A DNA stretch of 64,000 nt, taken from assembly GCA_040119075.1 (NCBI GenBank), contig JBEDTP010000030.1, positions 1,982 to 65,981 of the forward strand, written 5' to 3'. Made by a program: the position numbers and the translations under genes. Below, one piece after another: positions 48,199 through 59,529 of the stretch (positions are counted from its first letter, which is position 1; every line of letters begins with the position of its first letter). Under the pieces are notes generated by a model. That model saw only the letters and a list, made by a program, of their open reading frames with translations, had not been told where the DNA came from and did no database searches. The stretch comes from Flavobacterium sp. (GTDB lineage: Bacteria > Bacteroidota > Bacteroidia > Flavobacteriales > Flavobacteriaceae).

Positions 48199-48628
48199 AT
48201 TTATTCATATGTTGCATTTCGTACATAAAAGTATCTAAATCTACATTTAGAACTAATAAAGAAAGTGCCTTATTTACAATGTGTTCAACATTACTTGGTG
48301 TAAACCCTAAGCCTAAAGAAAAACGAGTTAAGATTTGTTTTTGTTTTGGACCTAAAACATGATCAGCATAAACCATTCTTGATAAATCATATAATCGCTC
48401 AAGTCTTTGTGTATATAAAACAGGAGGATTAATTGGGTATTTTGAAGGATTTTCTAAAATCTCTTCATATTCTGCTTGAGAAATTTCAAGTCGAGTTGCT
48501 AATTTGTCTAAAAATTCTTTTTCTTCTGAAGTTAATTCTCCATCTGACAAAGCAACTCTAACAATTGCAGAAAAATGACTTTTATTTCTGTTTTTAAATT
48601 CGTTATCAAATAAATCTGAAAATGACAT
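48197..48628 (-). CDS. TerB-family protein
   Basis: VALSDG.LT.EE..FL...A..L and second repeat MVYAD. Confidence 0.8.
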   Translation of the reverse strand: MSFSDLFDNEFKNRNKSHFSAIVRVALSDGELTSEEKEFLDKLATRLEISQAEYEEILENPSKYPINPPVLYTQRLERLYDLSRMVYADHVLGPKQKQILTRFSLGLGFTPSNVEHIVNKALSLLVLNVDLDTFMYEMQHMNK

Positions 48629-48762
48629 AATTGTATGTATTAATGTTATGCAAATATACTTTATATTTCATTTTTTTGAAAAAAATTACAAGGTTTTATT
48701 AAAGGGTTTAATAAATAATAAAATAAATTGTAAGTTTGAATAAATCAAAATAAATATAACCC

Positions 48763-49356
48763 ATGTCGCAATTCTGGCTTTACTTTAAATTAGGACTCGA
48801 ACACGTATTAGATATTCATGCTTATGATCATGTAATGTTTTTAATAGCATTAATGATTCCTTATGCTTTTAAAGATTGGAAACGTATCTTTTTATTAGTT
48901 TCACTTTTCACTTTAGGACATACATTAGCATTAATATTATCTGTTTTTGGAACCGTTTTTATTGCGCCAAAATATGTTGAGTTTTTAATTCCTATAACAA
49001 TATTAGTAACTGCTGTATTTCATTTATTTACTGCCGGAAAATCTTCTAAAAAAGAAAGCATTTCATTTATTTCTATAGTCACTTTGTTTTTTGGGATAAT
49101 CCATGGTTTAGGATTTTCTAATTACTTCAATTCTATTTTACCAGGTAGCGCTGCAGATAAATTATTACCATTACTTGAATTTGCATTAGGAATCGAGGCT
49201 TCACAAATCATTGTGGTTTTAGTGGTCCTTATAATTAGTTATATAGCGCAAACAATTTTTAGATTTTCAAAAAGAGATTGGGCATTAGTGTTGTCGGCTT
49301 TTATAATTGGTTTAGTTTTGCCAATGTTAATTGAAAATGAAATTTGGAACAGATAA
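48763..49356 (+). CDS. HupE/UreJ family membrane protein
   Basis: GLEHVL...YDH..F, FTLGHT, FGIIHGLGF, GIE..Q. Confidence 0.9.
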   Translation: MSQFWLYFKLGLEHVLDIHAYDHVMFLIALMIPYAFKDWKRIFLLVSLFTLGHTLALILSVFGTVFIAPKYVEFLIPITILVTAVFHLFTAGKSSKKESISFISIVTLFFGIIHGLGFSNYFNSILPGSAADKLLPLLEFALGIEASQIIVVLVVLIISYIAQTIFRFSKRDWALVLSAFIIGLVLPMLIENEIWNR

Positions 49357-49784
49357 TGTCAGAAAAAAAAACAAAATACGACAAAGCTTATTTAAGAATT
49401 GCTAAAGAATGGGGTCAACTATCTTATTGTAAAAGAAAGCAAGTTGGCGCAATTATTGTTAAGGATAGAATGATCATTTCAGATGGTTATAACGGAACGC
49501 CTTCAGGTTTTGAAAATTGCTGTGAAGATGAAGATAATCTTACAAAGTGGTATGTTTTACATGCAGAAGCAAATGCGATTTCAAAAGTAGCACGTTCTAC
49601 ACAATCTTGTGAAAATGCAACATTATATATTACACTTTCACCATGTAAAGATTGTAGTAAATTAATACATCAATCAGGAATAAAAAGAGTGGTGTATCAT
49701 GAAGAATATAAAGATACTTCAGGAGTAGATTTTTTAAAGAAAGCTGGAGTAGAAGTACAGCTTCTGTCAGATTTAAATAAATAA
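49356..49784 (+). CDS. dCMP deaminase family protein
   Basis: GYNGTP, HAEANA, PCKDC; ATG overlaps the upstream stop (TAATG). Confidence 0.93.
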   Translation: MSEKKTKYDKAYLRIAKEWGQLSYCKRKQVGAIIVKDRMIISDGYNGTPSGFENCCEDEDNLTKWYVLHAEANAISKVARSTQSCENATLYITLSPCKDCSKLIHQSGIKRVVYHEEYKDTSGVDFLKKAGVEVQLLSDLNK

Positions 49785-49786
49785 AA

Positions 49787-51355
49787 ATGAAAGTCAATAA
49801 AATTTATTTTCCTATAATAATTGCAATGGCAGTTGCCTTTGGTTTGCTTTTAGGAAATAGATTGAATAATTCACCTGAACTTTCGGGCAAAAACACCTAT
49901 AAAAATAAGCTAAATAAACTCATAGATTTTATCGAAAGAGAATATGTTGATGAAATCAATACCGATTCCATAGTCGATTTAACTGTTAATGGTATTCTTG
50001 AAAACCTTGATCCACATTCTGTATATATTGCAAAAAACGAACTTCAATCAGTAAACGAAAGTATGAAAGGTGATTTCGTAGGAATTGGTGTTAATTTTTA
50101 CATGTACAAAGACACATTGGCGGTTATTCGTCCAACTTTAAATGGGCCATCTGAAAAAGCAGGAATTTTGGCAGGTGATCGAATTTTATTTGCAGGTAAA
50201 ACCCAGCTATTTAATAAAAACATCTCTAACGATACTTTATTAGCGAAACTAAAAGGAGAGGAAAATTCAAAAATTGAACTTTTAGTTTACAGAAAATCAA
50301 ACAATAAAAAATATAAGTTTACTGTAACGAGAGGTGTTGTGCCAATAAAAAGTGTAGATATTGCTTTAATGGTTCAAGATAAAATAGGGTATATTAAAAT
50401 TAACCGATTTGCAGAAACGACATATACCGAATTTCATGAAGCGCTTTTAGATTTAAAAAAGCAAGGCATGAAAGAATTGATTATTGATGTGAGAGACAAC
50501 GGCGGCGGTTATTTAGAAATCGCAAATCAAATTGCCGACGAAATTTTAAAGGAAAATGTGTTAATCGTTAAAACAAAGAACAAAAAAGGTAAAGTTGATA
50601 AAACTTTAGCAACCAAAAAAGGTGATTTCGAAAATGGAAAAGTTTACGTTCTTATTAATGAAAATAGCGCTTCTGCGAGCGAAATATTAGCAGGAGCAGT
50701 TCAAGATAATGATAGAGGAACAATTATAGGTAGAAGGTCTTTTGGAAAAGGATTGGTTCAACGAGAAATGTCTTTAGGTGATGGTTCTGCGGTTCGATTA
50801 ACAGTGGCTAGATATTACACGCCTTCTGGTCGTTCAATTCAAAAACCATATGCAGATAAAGGTGTACAATATTTTAATGAATTCGAAAAACGTTTTGAAA
50901 GCGGAGAATTATATGAAGCTGATACTATAAAAATAGCCGACAGTTTAAAGTTTAAAACTAAAAAAGGAAGAATCGTATACGGCGGAGGTGGAATTTCTCC
51001 TGATGTTTTTGTGCCCTTTCAAGCTAAAAATGGTGATGAGGTTACACTTTTAATAATGCAGTCAGGGTTATTGAGTTATTATGTGTTTGAACAAATAGAT
51101 AATGATAGAAATTTTTTCAACGGACTAACGAAAGAGCAATTAAAAGAAGAATTGCTAAATAATGAAAAGTATTTATCAAACTTTAAAAAATACGTAGCCC
51201 AAAGCGGATTTATTTTAAATTTTTCGTCAGAAAGAGAAAAAGTAAACAACTATTTATTTGCCGAATTTGTAAAACAATTGTTTGATGAAAAAGAGTATTA
51301 CCAAATCATTTTAAATGAAGATGATATGGTGAAGAAGGTGTTAGAGTTGAAGTAA
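49787..51355 (+). CDS. S41A carboxy-terminal processing protease
   Basis: LDPHS, PDZ (GIG...GDRI), D.RDNGGG, SASASEI.AGA.QD, SFGKG.VQ, YYTPSGRSIQ. Confidence 0.95.
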   Translation: MKVNKIYFPIIIAMAVAFGLLLGNRLNNSPELSGKNTYKNKLNKLIDFIEREYVDEINTDSIVDLTVNGILENLDPHSVYIAKNELQSVNESMKGDFVGIGVNFYMYKDTLAVIRPTLNGPSEKAGILAGDRILFAGKTQLFNKNISNDTLLAKLKGEENSKIELLVYRKSNNKKYKFTVTRGVVPIKSVDIALMVQDKIGYIKINRFAETTYTEFHEALLDLKKQGMKELIIDVRDNGGGYLEIANQIADEILKENVLIVKTKNKKGKVDKTLATKKGDFENGKVYVLINENSASASEILAGAVQDNDRGTIIGRRSFGKGLVQREMSLGDGSAVRLTVARYYTPSGRSIQKPYADKGVQYFNEFEKRFESGELYEADTIKIADSLKFKTKKGRIVYGGGGISPDVFVPFQAKNGDEVTLLIMQSGLLSYYVFEQIDNDRNFFNGLTKEQLKEELLNNEKYLSNFKKYVAQSGFILNFSSEREKVNNYLFAEFVKQLFDEKEYYQIILNEDDMVKKVLELK

Positions 51356-51357
51356 AT

Positions 51358-51966
51358 CTATTTATTCACAGCATCATGAACTTGAGCATGATTACCTTCG
51401 TTCCACAAGGTTAAAACATCACCAGCAACACTTGCGCCACTTCCTGCTGCAATAGCAAGCTGACTTCTTTGTCCGGCTAAAGTACCAATAACATACAAGC
51501 CTTCATCAACTAAATGATCTTCATTTTTAAGTTGAATTTTGTTTTTTTCGGGTGCTGCTTTTTTGTGTGGAATAATGTAGGGTTCTAATCCTTCAATAGT
51601 AAACGGATTCCCAGCTCCAATTCCTATAATAACGATTTTAGAAGTGTATTTTGTTTTGTTGGTTTCAACTAAATAGCCATCAGCTTGTTTGTCAATTCGC
51701 AAAACCTTCTCGCTATCAATTTGCTCTACATGCGGGTAAAGTTCTTTTAGTTGTTGAGTAGTTTCAATTAGTAATTCAGAACCTAATTTCCCTTTTGGAA
51801 TTCCATAGGCATTATTAAAAACTGCATTTTGTAAAGAAGATGCTTTTTGGTGTGCAATGATTCCAATTTTTTTGTTTTCAGCAAATGATTTTTTACAAGC
51901 CGAGCCTAAAATTAAAGCACATGAAACTGAAGAAACTCCTCCGCCAATAATTAAAGCATCAAACAT
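51358..51966 (-). CDS. Short FAD-dependent oxidoreductase (TrxB-like FAD domain only)
   Basis: DALIIGGG, GLYVIG..AG..SQLAIAAGSG; no CxxC or NADPH domain visible. Confidence 0.75.
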   Translation of the reverse strand: MFDALIIGGGVSSVSCALILGSACKKSFAENKKIGIIAHQKASSLQNAVFNNAYGIPKGKLGSELLIETTQQLKELYPHVEQIDSEKVLRIDKQADGYLVETNKTKYTSKIVIIGIGAGNPFTIEGLEPYIIPHKKAAPEKNKIQLKNEDHLVDEGLYVIGTLAGQRSQLAIAAGSGASVAGDVLTLWNEGNHAQVHDAVNK

Positions 51967-51969
51967 AAA

Positions 51970-52170
51970 CTATAAGTTTTTTGTTTTCTCTTCAATGGTT
52001 TTAGCCATTTTTAAAATAACAATTAAGATAACAGCGCACAAAGTAGCAACAATTCCTATTAACGCAACTGATGAATTTCCTTCAAAAGGATTGCTTGCGT
52101 CTATTTGTGTAATGTTTAAGACGATTAATAATACTGCTAAAACAATAACGATGTAAGTAAATATTTTCAT
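51970..52170 (-). CDS. Small 2-TM hypothetical protein
   Basis: 66 aa, two hydrophobic helices, in operon-like spacing. Confidence 0.7.
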   Translation of the reverse strand: MKIFTYIVIVLAVLLIVLNITQIDASNPFEGNSSVALIGIVATLCAVILIVILKMAKTIEEKTKNL

Positions 52171-52190
52171 TTCAATTAACTTTTTTAATA

Positions 52191-52763
52191 TTAAATAAAC
52201 AACCCTTTTACATTTGCTGCAAAAAGTTTTACAGATATGGCAAGTAATATAACGCCAAATATCTTACGAATAATCCCTAATCCATTAGTGCCTAGTATTT
52301 TTTCAATTTTACCAGATAATTTTAAAACAGCATAAACAACAATAACGTTAATTATAATAGCAATAATTATATTTATTTTGTCATATTCAGCTCTTAACGA
52401 AAGCAATGTTGTCATTGTTCCAGCGCCAGCAATTAAAGGAAAAGCAATAGGAACAATCGATGCTGTTGTTGGATTGTCTTCTCTATATAAACGAATTCCT
52501 AATATCATTTCTAGTGCCAAAAAGAACAATACAAATGAACCTGCTACAGCAAATGAATTGGCATCAATCCCAATTAACTTCAAAATTTCTTCTCCTACAA
52601 ATAAGAAAGCAATCATAATTATTGCAGCTACAATTGTAGCTTTTTCTGATTGAATGTGTCCAATTTTACTACGTAAATCAACAATAATAGGAATACTTCC
52701 TACAATATCGATTACAGCAAAAAGAATCATGCTTATGGTAAAAATTTCCCTCCAGTCAAACAT
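52191..52763 (-). CDS. MarC family membrane protein
   Basis: LFAVID..G..P, VPIAFPLIAGAG, LG.NG...I.KIFG.IL. Confidence 0.93.
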   Translation of the reverse strand: MFDWREIFTISMILFAVIDIVGSIPIIVDLRSKIGHIQSEKATIVAAIIMIAFLFVGEEILKLIGIDANSFAVAGSFVLFFLALEMILGIRLYREDNPTTASIVPIAFPLIAGAGTMTTLLSLRAEYDKINIIIAIIINVIVVYAVLKLSGKIEKILGTNGLGIIRKIFGVILLAISVKLFAANVKGLFI

Positions 52764-52915
52764 CTTAAATTATTTTTTGCAAATATAAATATAAGTTGCT
52801 AAAGCTATATTCATTTTAACGATACTTTATTAATTTGAATTTCAATCAAAAATCTTTAACTAACAATCTTCAATCAAAAATCAAATAACTATCTTTGTAG
52901 ACTAATTATTTTAAG

Positions 52916-53482
52916 ATGTTTCAGCTCAATAAAACCATTATTTCCGAAGAAATTTTAGAAAAAGAATTCGTTTGCAATTTGTCTGCTTGTAAAGGAGCTT
53001 GTTGCGTAGACGGAGATGCTGGTGCGCCTTTAGATGAAGCTGAAACAAAAATATTAGCTGAAATTTATCCAAAAGTAAAACCGTTTCTTCGCCCTGAAGG
53101 AATTGCTGCTATCGAAGCGCAAGGTACACATACTGTTTCTGATTTTGGAGAATTTGAGACCCCTTTAATTGAAGGGAAAGATTGTGCTTATGTAATTTTC
53201 GACAAAGACACTGCACTTTGCGGAATTGAGCAAGCATATAATGAGGGATTGGTAGATTGGAAAAAACCAGTTTCTTGTCACCTTTATCCAATAAGAGTAA
53301 AAGAATATTCAGATTTTGCAGCGGTAAATTATCATAAATGGCACATTTGTTCCGATGCTTGCGAATTAGGTAAAGAACTAGGCGTTCCTGTGTACAAATT
53401 TGTAAAAGAAGCATTGATTAGGAAGTTTGGAGAAGAGTGGTATTCTGAATTAGAAAAAATTGCCGAAGATTTAAAAAAGTAA
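52916..53482 (+). CDS. DUF3109 family Cys-rich protein
   Basis: FVCNLSACKGACCVDGDAGAP, C...CGIE, KPVSCHLYPIR, C..AC; TATCTTTG promoter box at 52890. Confidence 0.88.
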   Translation: MFQLNKTIISEEILEKEFVCNLSACKGACCVDGDAGAPLDEAETKILAEIYPKVKPFLRPEGIAAIEAQGTHTVSDFGEFETPLIEGKDCAYVIFDKDTALCGIEQAYNEGLVDWKKPVSCHLYPIRVKEYSDFAAVNYHKWHICSDACELGKELGVPVYKFVKEALIRKFGEEWYSELEKIAEDLKK

Positions 53483-53750
53483 TTCATTTTATACATTCCA
53501 TAAAATGCTCTTTATTAGTAGGTTTAATCGCTAGTAAGAAGGTTTTTTAAGTAAAGTTGAAATTATGTATCTTTTTGATTTTCAAAAAGATAAGTCTTTT
53601 TTTTAGAGTAAGATTTTTTTTACTCGTTGTTAAAAACTTGGCTTAATTGTGAATAAGTTTGACTTTCATTTCTCGTTTCAAATGACAAACTTTGTAAACC
53701 CCATTCGAAGTAAATAATATTCTTTTTAAAACAATAAAAATCAAGTAACT

Positions 53751-54728
53751 ATGTCAGTAGTCGAACCAATATTACAAGAAAACAAAGACCGTTTTGTTAT
53801 TTTTCCTATAAAACACCATGATATTTGGGAATGGTATAAAAAAATGGAAGCTAGTTTTTGGACTGCTGAAGAGATTGATTTACACCAAGACATTTCAGAC
53901 TGGAATAATAAATTAAGCGACGATGAAAAATATTTTATCAAGCATATTTTAGCATTTTTCGCAGCTTCTGACGGAATTGTAAATGAAAATTTAGCAGAAA
54001 ATTTTGTAAACGAAGTACAATATGCTGAAGCGAAATTCTTTTACGGATTTCAGATCATGATGGAAAACATTCACAGTGAAACGTATTCTCTTTTAATTGA
54101 TACTTATGTTAAAGATGAGGTTGAAAAAGATAAATTATTTCACGCTCTTGAAGTTTTCCCAGCAATTAAGAAAAAAGCAGATTGGGCTTTAAAATGGATT
54201 GAATCAGATTCATTTGCAGAAAGATTAATTGCTTTTGCAGCGGTTGAAGGAATTTTCTTTTCAGGAGCATTTTGTTCAATTTTCTGGTTAAAGAAACGTG
54301 GATTAATGCCAGGATTAACTTTTTCGAACGAATTAATTTCTCGTGATGAAGGGGTGCATTGTGATTTCGCCGTGCATTTACATAATCATCACTTGGTAAA
54401 TAAAGTGCCAAAAGCAAGAATAAGAGAAATTATTATCGACGCTTTAACTATCGAAAGAGAGTTTATTACAGAGTCGCTTCCAGTAAGTTTAATTGGTATG
54501 AATGCAACTTTAATGACACAATATTTAGAATTCGTAACGGATAGATTATTGGTAGAATTAGGTTGTGAAAGAGAATATAATTCTTCAAACCCATTTGATT
54601 TTATGGACATGATTTCATTACAAGGGAAAACTAATTTCTTCGAAAAACGTGTGGCTGAATACCAAAAAGCTGGCGTAATGAATACTGATTCAGAATCAGG
54701 AAAAATAAGTTTTGACGCTGACTTTTAA
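53751..54728 (+). CDS. nrdB: Class Ia ribonucleotide reductase beta subunit
   Basis: [49 protein letters not shown]. Confidence 0.97.
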   Translation: MSVVEPILQENKDRFVIFPIKHHDIWEWYKKMEASFWTAEEIDLHQDISDWNNKLSDDEKYFIKHILAFFAASDGIVNENLAENFVNEVQYAEAKFFYGFQIMMENIHSETYSLLIDTYVKDEVEKDKLFHALEVFPAIKKKADWALKWIESDSFAERLIAFAAVEGIFFSGAFCSIFWLKKRGLMPGLTFSNELISRDEGVHCDFAVHLHNHHLVNKVPKARIREIIIDALTIEREFITESLPVSLIGMNATLMTQYLEFVTDRLLVELGCEREYNSSNPFDFMDMISLQGKTNFFEKRVAEYQKAGVMNTDSESGKISFDADF

Positions 54729-54781
54729 TAAGGAAGCACTCAAAAATAAAATATATAACAAACAAACTAAACCAAAGTCAT

Positions 54782-57178
54782 ATGAATGTAGTAAAAAGAG
54801 ATGGTAGAAGAGAACCTGTAATGTTTGATAAAATTACAGATAGAATTAGATTTTTATGCTATGAATTAAACGAGTTAGTCGACCCAGTTAAGGTTGCGAT
54901 GCGTGTAATTGAAGGTTTGTATGACGGCGTAAGTACTTCAGAGTTAGATAATTTAGCTGCTGAAACGGCTGCATCTATGACTATTACGCATCCTGATTAT
55001 GCTCAGTTAGCAGCGCGTATTGCCGTTTCTAATTTACATAAAAACACTACTAAATCATTCTCTGAAACAATGACAGAGATGTATCATTATGTAAATCCTC
55101 GTACAGGTAAAAAAGCACCTTTACTTTCAGAGGAAGTATATAATGTAATTATAGAAAATGCTGAAAAGTTAGATTCTACTATTATTTATAATAGAGATTT
55201 TAACTACGATTATTTCGGGTTTAAAACATTAGAGCGTTCATATCTATTAAAAATAAACGGACAAATTGTTGAGCGTCCGCAACACATGTTAATGCGTGTT
55301 TCTATTGGTATTCATTTAAATGATATTGAATCAGCAATTGAAACCTATGAGTTAATGTCGAAGAAATTCTTCACGCATGCAACTCCTACTTTATTCAACG
55401 CAGGAACGCCAAAACCTCAAATGTCATCTTGTTTCTTGTTAACAATGAAAGATGATAGTATTGATGGTATTTACGATACATTAAAACAAACAGCAAAAAT
55501 TTCACAATCTGCTGGAGGAATTGGTTTAGCAATTCATAATGTAAGAGCAACAGGTTCATACATTCGTGGAACAAACGGAACTTCAAACGGAATTGTACCT
55601 ATGTTACGTGTATTTAACGATACGGCTCGTTATGTAGATCAAGGTGGTGGAAAACGTAAAGGTAGTTTTGCAATTTATATTGAGCCTTGGCATGCAGATA
55701 TTTTCGACTTCTTAGATTTAAAGAAGAATCACGGAAAAGAAGAAATGCGTGCAAGAGACCTATTCTTTGCAATGTGGATGTGTGATTTATTCATGAAACG
55801 TGTTGAAGAAGACTCAACTTGGACATTAATGTGTCCTAATGAATGTCCAGGCTTAGACAATGTGTATGGAGAGGAATTTGAAGCATTATATTTATCATAT
55901 GAAGCTGCTGGAAAAGGTAGAAAAACGATTAAGGCTCGTGAATTATGGGAAAAAATTCTTGAATCTCAAATTGAGACAGGAACACCATATATGTTGTATA
56001 AAGATGCAGCCAACAGAAAATCAAATCAAAAGAATTTAGGTACAATTCGTTCGTCGAATTTATGTACTGAAATTTTAGAATATACATCACCAGATGAGGT
56101 TGCGGTTTGTAACTTGGCTTCTATTTCGTTACCAATGTTTGTAGAAGATGGTAAATTCAATCACCAATTCTTGTTTGATGTTACCAAAAGAATTACGCGT
56201 AACTTAAACAGAGTAATTGATAGAAATTATTATCCAGTAATTGAAGCAGAGAATTCAAACATGCGTCACCGTCCTATTGGATTAGGAGTACAAGGTTTAG
56301 CAGATGCTTTTATTTTACTAAGATTACCATTTACAAGTGATGAAGCAAAGAAATTAAACGAAGAAATTTTCGAAACTATTTATTTTGCAGCAGTTACAGC
56401 TTCAATGGAGTTAGCAAAAGAAGAAGGGCCATATTCAACATTTGAAGGCTCGCCAATTTCAAAAGGAGAATTCCAATACAATCTTTGGAACATAAAAGAC
56501 GAAGATTTATCGGGAAGATGGGATTGGAAAGCATTAAGAACTGAAGTAATGGCAAATGGAGTGCGTAACTCATTATTATTAGCGCCAATGCCAACTGCTT
56601 CTACTTCTCAAATTTTAGGAAATAACGAAGCTTTCGAACCATATACTTCAAATATTTATACACGTAGAGTATTGTCTGGAGAATTCATTGTTGTAAACAA
56701 ACATTTATTATACGATTTAGTAGAACTTGGTTTATGGAATGAAAATCTTAAACAAGAAATCATGCGTAATAACGGATCTATTCAAAACATAGACATTATT
56801 CCTGCCGATATTAAGGCGTTATACAAAACAGTTTGGGAATTAAGTATGAAAGACATTATCGACATGTCGCGTCAAAGAGGTTATTTTATTGATCAATCGC
56901 AATCGTTAAACTTGTTTATGGAAGGCGCTACTATGGCAAAATTAACTTCTATGCATTTTTATGCTTGGAAAAGCGGCTTAAAAACAGGAATGTATTACTT
57001 AAGAACCAAAGCTGCGGTTGATGCAATTAAGTTTACCTTAAATAACGATAAAAAAGCAGAACCTATTGCCGTTGCAGTAGAAACTGAAAATGCAGCAATG
57101 ACAGAAGATGAGTTCAAAGCAATGTTAGCTCGCGCTAAAGATGCAGGGCCAGAAGACTGTGAAATGTGCGGTTCTTAA
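54782..57178 (+). CDS. nrdA: Class Ia ribonucleotide reductase alpha subunit
   Basis: ATP-cone [46 protein letters not shown]-terminal CEMC. Confidence 0.97.
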   Translation: MNVVKRDGRREPVMFDKITDRIRFLCYELNELVDPVKVAMRVIEGLYDGVSTSELDNLAAETAASMTITHPDYAQLAARIAVSNLHKNTTKSFSETMTEMYHYVNPRTGKKAPLLSEEVYNVIIENAEKLDSTIIYNRDFNYDYFGFKTLERSYLLKINGQIVERPQHMLMRVSIGIHLNDIESAIETYELMSKKFFTHATPTLFNAGTPKPQMSSCFLLTMKDDSIDGIYDTLKQTAKISQSAGGIGLAIHNVRATGSYIRGTNGTSNGIVPMLRVFNDTARYVDQGGGKRKGSFAIYIEPWHADIFDFLDLKKNHGKEEMRARDLFFAMWMCDLFMKRVEEDSTWTLMCPNECPGLDNVYGEEFEALYLSYEAAGKGRKTIKARELWEKILESQIETGTPYMLYKDAANRKSNQKNLGTIRSSNLCTEILEYTSPDEVAVCNLASISLPMFVEDGKFNHQFLFDVTKRITRNLNRVIDRNYYPVIEAENSNMRHRPIGLGVQGLADAFILLRLPFTSDEAKKLNEEIFETIYFAAVTASMELAKEEGPYSTFEGSPISKGEFQYNLWNIKDEDLSGRWDWKALRTEVMANGVRNSLLLAPMPTASTSQILGNNEAFEPYTSNIYTRRVLSGEFIVVNKHLLYDLVELGLWNENLKQEIMRNNGSIQNIDIIPADIKALYKTVWELSMKDIIDMSRQRGYFIDQSQSLNLFMEGATMAKLTSMHFYAWKSGLKTGMYYLRTKAAVDAIKFTLNNDKKAEPIAVAVETENAAMTEDEFKAMLARAKDAGPEDCEMCGS

Positions 57179-57195
57179 TGAATTAGAATTTGATT

Positions 57196-57387
57196 ATGAC
57201 ATTTATATTATCTCCGATTGTGAAAGTTTTTTTAATCGCTTTTTTATTTTTTTTAATGATTTACGCATTATATAGAATAAATAAATTAGAACAAGGGGAA
57301 TTAAAATTATTCTGGGTTATTGCTTCAGTTTTACTTTTTCCAATAATTCCAATAATATATTTGTCTTTTAATTATAGAAAGAAATAG
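57196..57387 (+). CDS. Small 2-TM hypothetical protein (PLDc_N-like)
   Basis: KLFW....LLFPI.PIIY pattern; lies between nrdA and the terminator. Confidence 0.5.
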   Translation: MTFILSPIVKVFLIAFLFFLMIYALYRINKLEQGELKLFWVIASVLLFPIIPIIYLSFNYRKK

Positions 57388-57392
57388 TTTTA

Positions 57393-57426
57393 GAAAAACA
57401 GTCATCACACGATGGCTGTTTTCTTT
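57393..57426 (+). terminator. Terminator of nrd operon
   Basis: AAAACAGTCATC-ACAC-GATGGCTGTTTT then a pyrimidine tract. Confidence 0.78.
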
Positions 57427-57479
57427 TATATAAAAATTGCTTTTCAATTCGTACATTTGAAAAATAATATAAAAAGATC

Positions 57480-57704
57480 ATGTCAAAAGAAAAAAAAGGA
57501 GTCCACACAGGACTTATTGAAAAAGATGCAGATGGAAATTTCTTCTGCGGCCCTTATTTATTAGACTACAAGCAAGTAGTTGCTAATTTTAAAATTGGTG
57601 ATGAGGTAAATATTAAATCAATAATTGAAAATCCAAGCGATATCAGTTACGATAAATATCCAAAAAAATCAAAAGTATTCTTTTTAGCAAACGATAAAGA
57701 GTAA
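57480..57704 (+). CDS. Small hypothetical protein
   Basis: 74 aa; TACATTTG promoter box at 57452-59; A-rich leader. Confidence 0.7.
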   Translation: MSKEKKGVHTGLIEKDADGNFFCGPYLLDYKQVVANFKIGDEVNIKSIIENPSDISYDKYPKKSKVFFLANDKE

Positions 57705-57707
57705 TAA

Positions 57708-58154
57708 ATGCTTAGGCTAGTTAGAACTAATTCAAACAATGAAGATTTTAAACATCTAACTAAGTTGTTTGATGAATTTCTTATAGAAATTGATGGCGAT
57801 GAAAAAGATTTTTTTGCGCAATACAATCAAATTTATTTAGATAACGTACTAATTTATTATGAAAATGAAGTTGCGTTAGGTTGTGGAGCAATAAAAGAGT
57901 ACAAATCAAATGAAGGTGAAATAAAAAGAATGTTTGTTTTACCAGAAGGAAGAGGAAGAGGAATTGCTTCGAAAATTTTAGCAGAGTTAGAACAATGGGC
58001 TAAAGAATTAGGCTTTATTTCTATACAACTTGAAACGTCTCAAAAACTAAAAAACGCTATTACTTTATATCGAAAATTTGGATATGAAGAAATTCCAAAT
58101 TACGGACAATATATTGGAGTAGAAAGTAGTATGTGTATGAAGAAAATTTTATAA
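57708..58154 (+). CDS. GNAT acetyltransferase
   Basis: GCGA, EIKRMFV...RGRGIA, LET....A..LYRKFGY. Confidence 0.92.
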   Translation: MLRLVRTNSNNEDFKHLTKLFDEFLIEIDGDEKDFFAQYNQIYLDNVLIYYENEVALGCGAIKEYKSNEGEIKRMFVLPEGRGRGIASKILAELEQWAKELGFISIQLETSQKLKNAITLYRKFGYEEIPNYGQYIGVESSMCMKKIL

Positions 58155-58182
58155 CTTCTAAAATCAAAAATCTTAAATCATT

Positions 58183-59529
58183 ATGATGCAATGGGAACAA
58201 CTTTTGTCTTTAAAACGACAGGGCGATACAAGTAAACGACTAAGAAAAGAACAAGACGATACGCGTTTAGGTTTTGAAGTCGATTACGACCGAATTATAT
58301 TTTCGGCAGCCTTTCGTAGTTTACAAGACAAAACACAAGTTATTCCATTATCAAAAACCGACTTTGTACACACAAGACTAACGCATAGTTTAGAAGTTTC
58401 GGTTGTAGGTCGTTCCTTAGGAAGATTAGTTGGGAAACAAGTTTTAGAAAAAAGACCTTATTTGGCTGAAATTCACGGTTACCAAATGAACGATTTTGGA
58501 GCCATTGTAGCCGCATCATCATTGGCACACGACATTGGGAATCCGCCTTTCGGACATTCTGGTGAAAAAGCTATTGGCGAATATTTCACAAACGGAAACG
58601 GTCAACAATATAAAAACCAGCTTTCTGATAAAGAATGGCAAGATTTAATTGATTTTGAAGGAAATGCAAATGGTTTTTCGGTACTTACTTCTTCTCGCGA
58701 AGGTATCGAAGGCGCATTAAGAATTTCCTATGCAACACTTGGAACTTTTACAAAATATCCAAAAGAAAGTTTGCCTAAAAAGCCGACTAAAAATATTTGC
58801 GATAAGAAATACGGTTTCTTCCAGCAAGACAAAGATTTCTTCGTTGAAGTAGGAAAAGAATTGGGTTTAATTCCAAATAAATCAGGAAACGACATTGGTT
58901 TTGAACGTCATCCTTTGGCTTATTTAGTAGAAGCAGCAGATGATATTTGCTATACAATTATCGATTTTGAAGATGGAATTAACTTAGGATTAATTCAAGA
59001 AGAATTTGCATTAGAATATTTAATCAAATTAGTCAAAAACGGAATCGATTCAAAAAAATACAACGAACTTACCACTACAGAAGACAGGATAAGTTATTTA
59101 CGTGCTTTGGCCATTGGAAGTTTAATTCAAGATGCGGTAAAGATTTTTATGGCAAATGAAGAAGCTATACTTTCTGGAGATTTTCCATATGCTATAATGG
59201 ACAAAAGTCAGTACAAAGCACAAATGGATGATATCATAAAGATTAGTGTTAAAAACGTATACCAAAGCAAAGAAGTAATTGAAAAAGAAGTGATTGGTTA
59301 TAAAGTAATTAATGTTCTTTTAGATGTTTTTTGCACGGCATATATTAATAAATCAAATGGAAATGCTTCTAATTACGATAATTTAGTTCTAAAATTGTTG
59401 CCAGAGCGTTACTTACAGGATAAGATTTCGCTTTATGATCGATTGTTAAATATTTGTCACTTTGTATCCATGCTTACTGATGGCAAAGCCTTACAGCTTT
59501 TTAACACAATTCAGTCCAACAAAAGTTAA
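58183..59529 (+). CDS. dgt: dGTP triphosphohydrolase
   Basis: DYDRIIFS.AFR.LQDKTQV, HTRLTHSLEV, AHDIGNPPFGHSGE, EGNAN, EAADDICY. Confidence 0.95.
   Translation: MMQWEQLLSLKRQGDTSKRLRKEQDDTRLGFEVDYDRIIFSAAFRSLQDKTQVIPLSKTDFVHTRLTHSLEVSVVGRSLGRLVGKQVLEKRPYLAEIHGYQMNDFGAIVAASSLAHDIGNPPFGHSGEKAIGEYFTNGNGQQYKNQLSDKEWQDLIDFEGNANGFSVLTSSREGIEGALRISYATLGTFTKYPKESLPKKPTKNICDKKYGFFQQDKDFFVEVGKELGLIPNKSGNDIGFERHPLAYLVEAADDICYTIIDFEDGINLGLIQEEFALEYLIKLVKNGIDSKKYNELTTTEDRISYLRALAIGSLIQDAVKIFMANEEAILSGDFPYAIMDKSQYKAQMDDIIKISVKNVYQSKEVIEKEVIGYKVINVLLDVFCTAYINKSNGNASNYDNLVLKLLPERYLQDKISLYDRLLNICHFVSMLTDGKALQLFNTIQSNKS

Noticed and set aside
53751-57178. Intein, intron or homing endonuclease in nrdA/nrdB
   Set aside because: Both ORFs are uninterrupted and of normal length.
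49356-59529. dCMP deaminase and dGTPase as nucleotide-depleting anti-phage defence
   Set aside because: Both look like ordinary housekeeping forms in core operons. The deaminase is single-domain with no kinase-like fusion, and there is no defence-island context.
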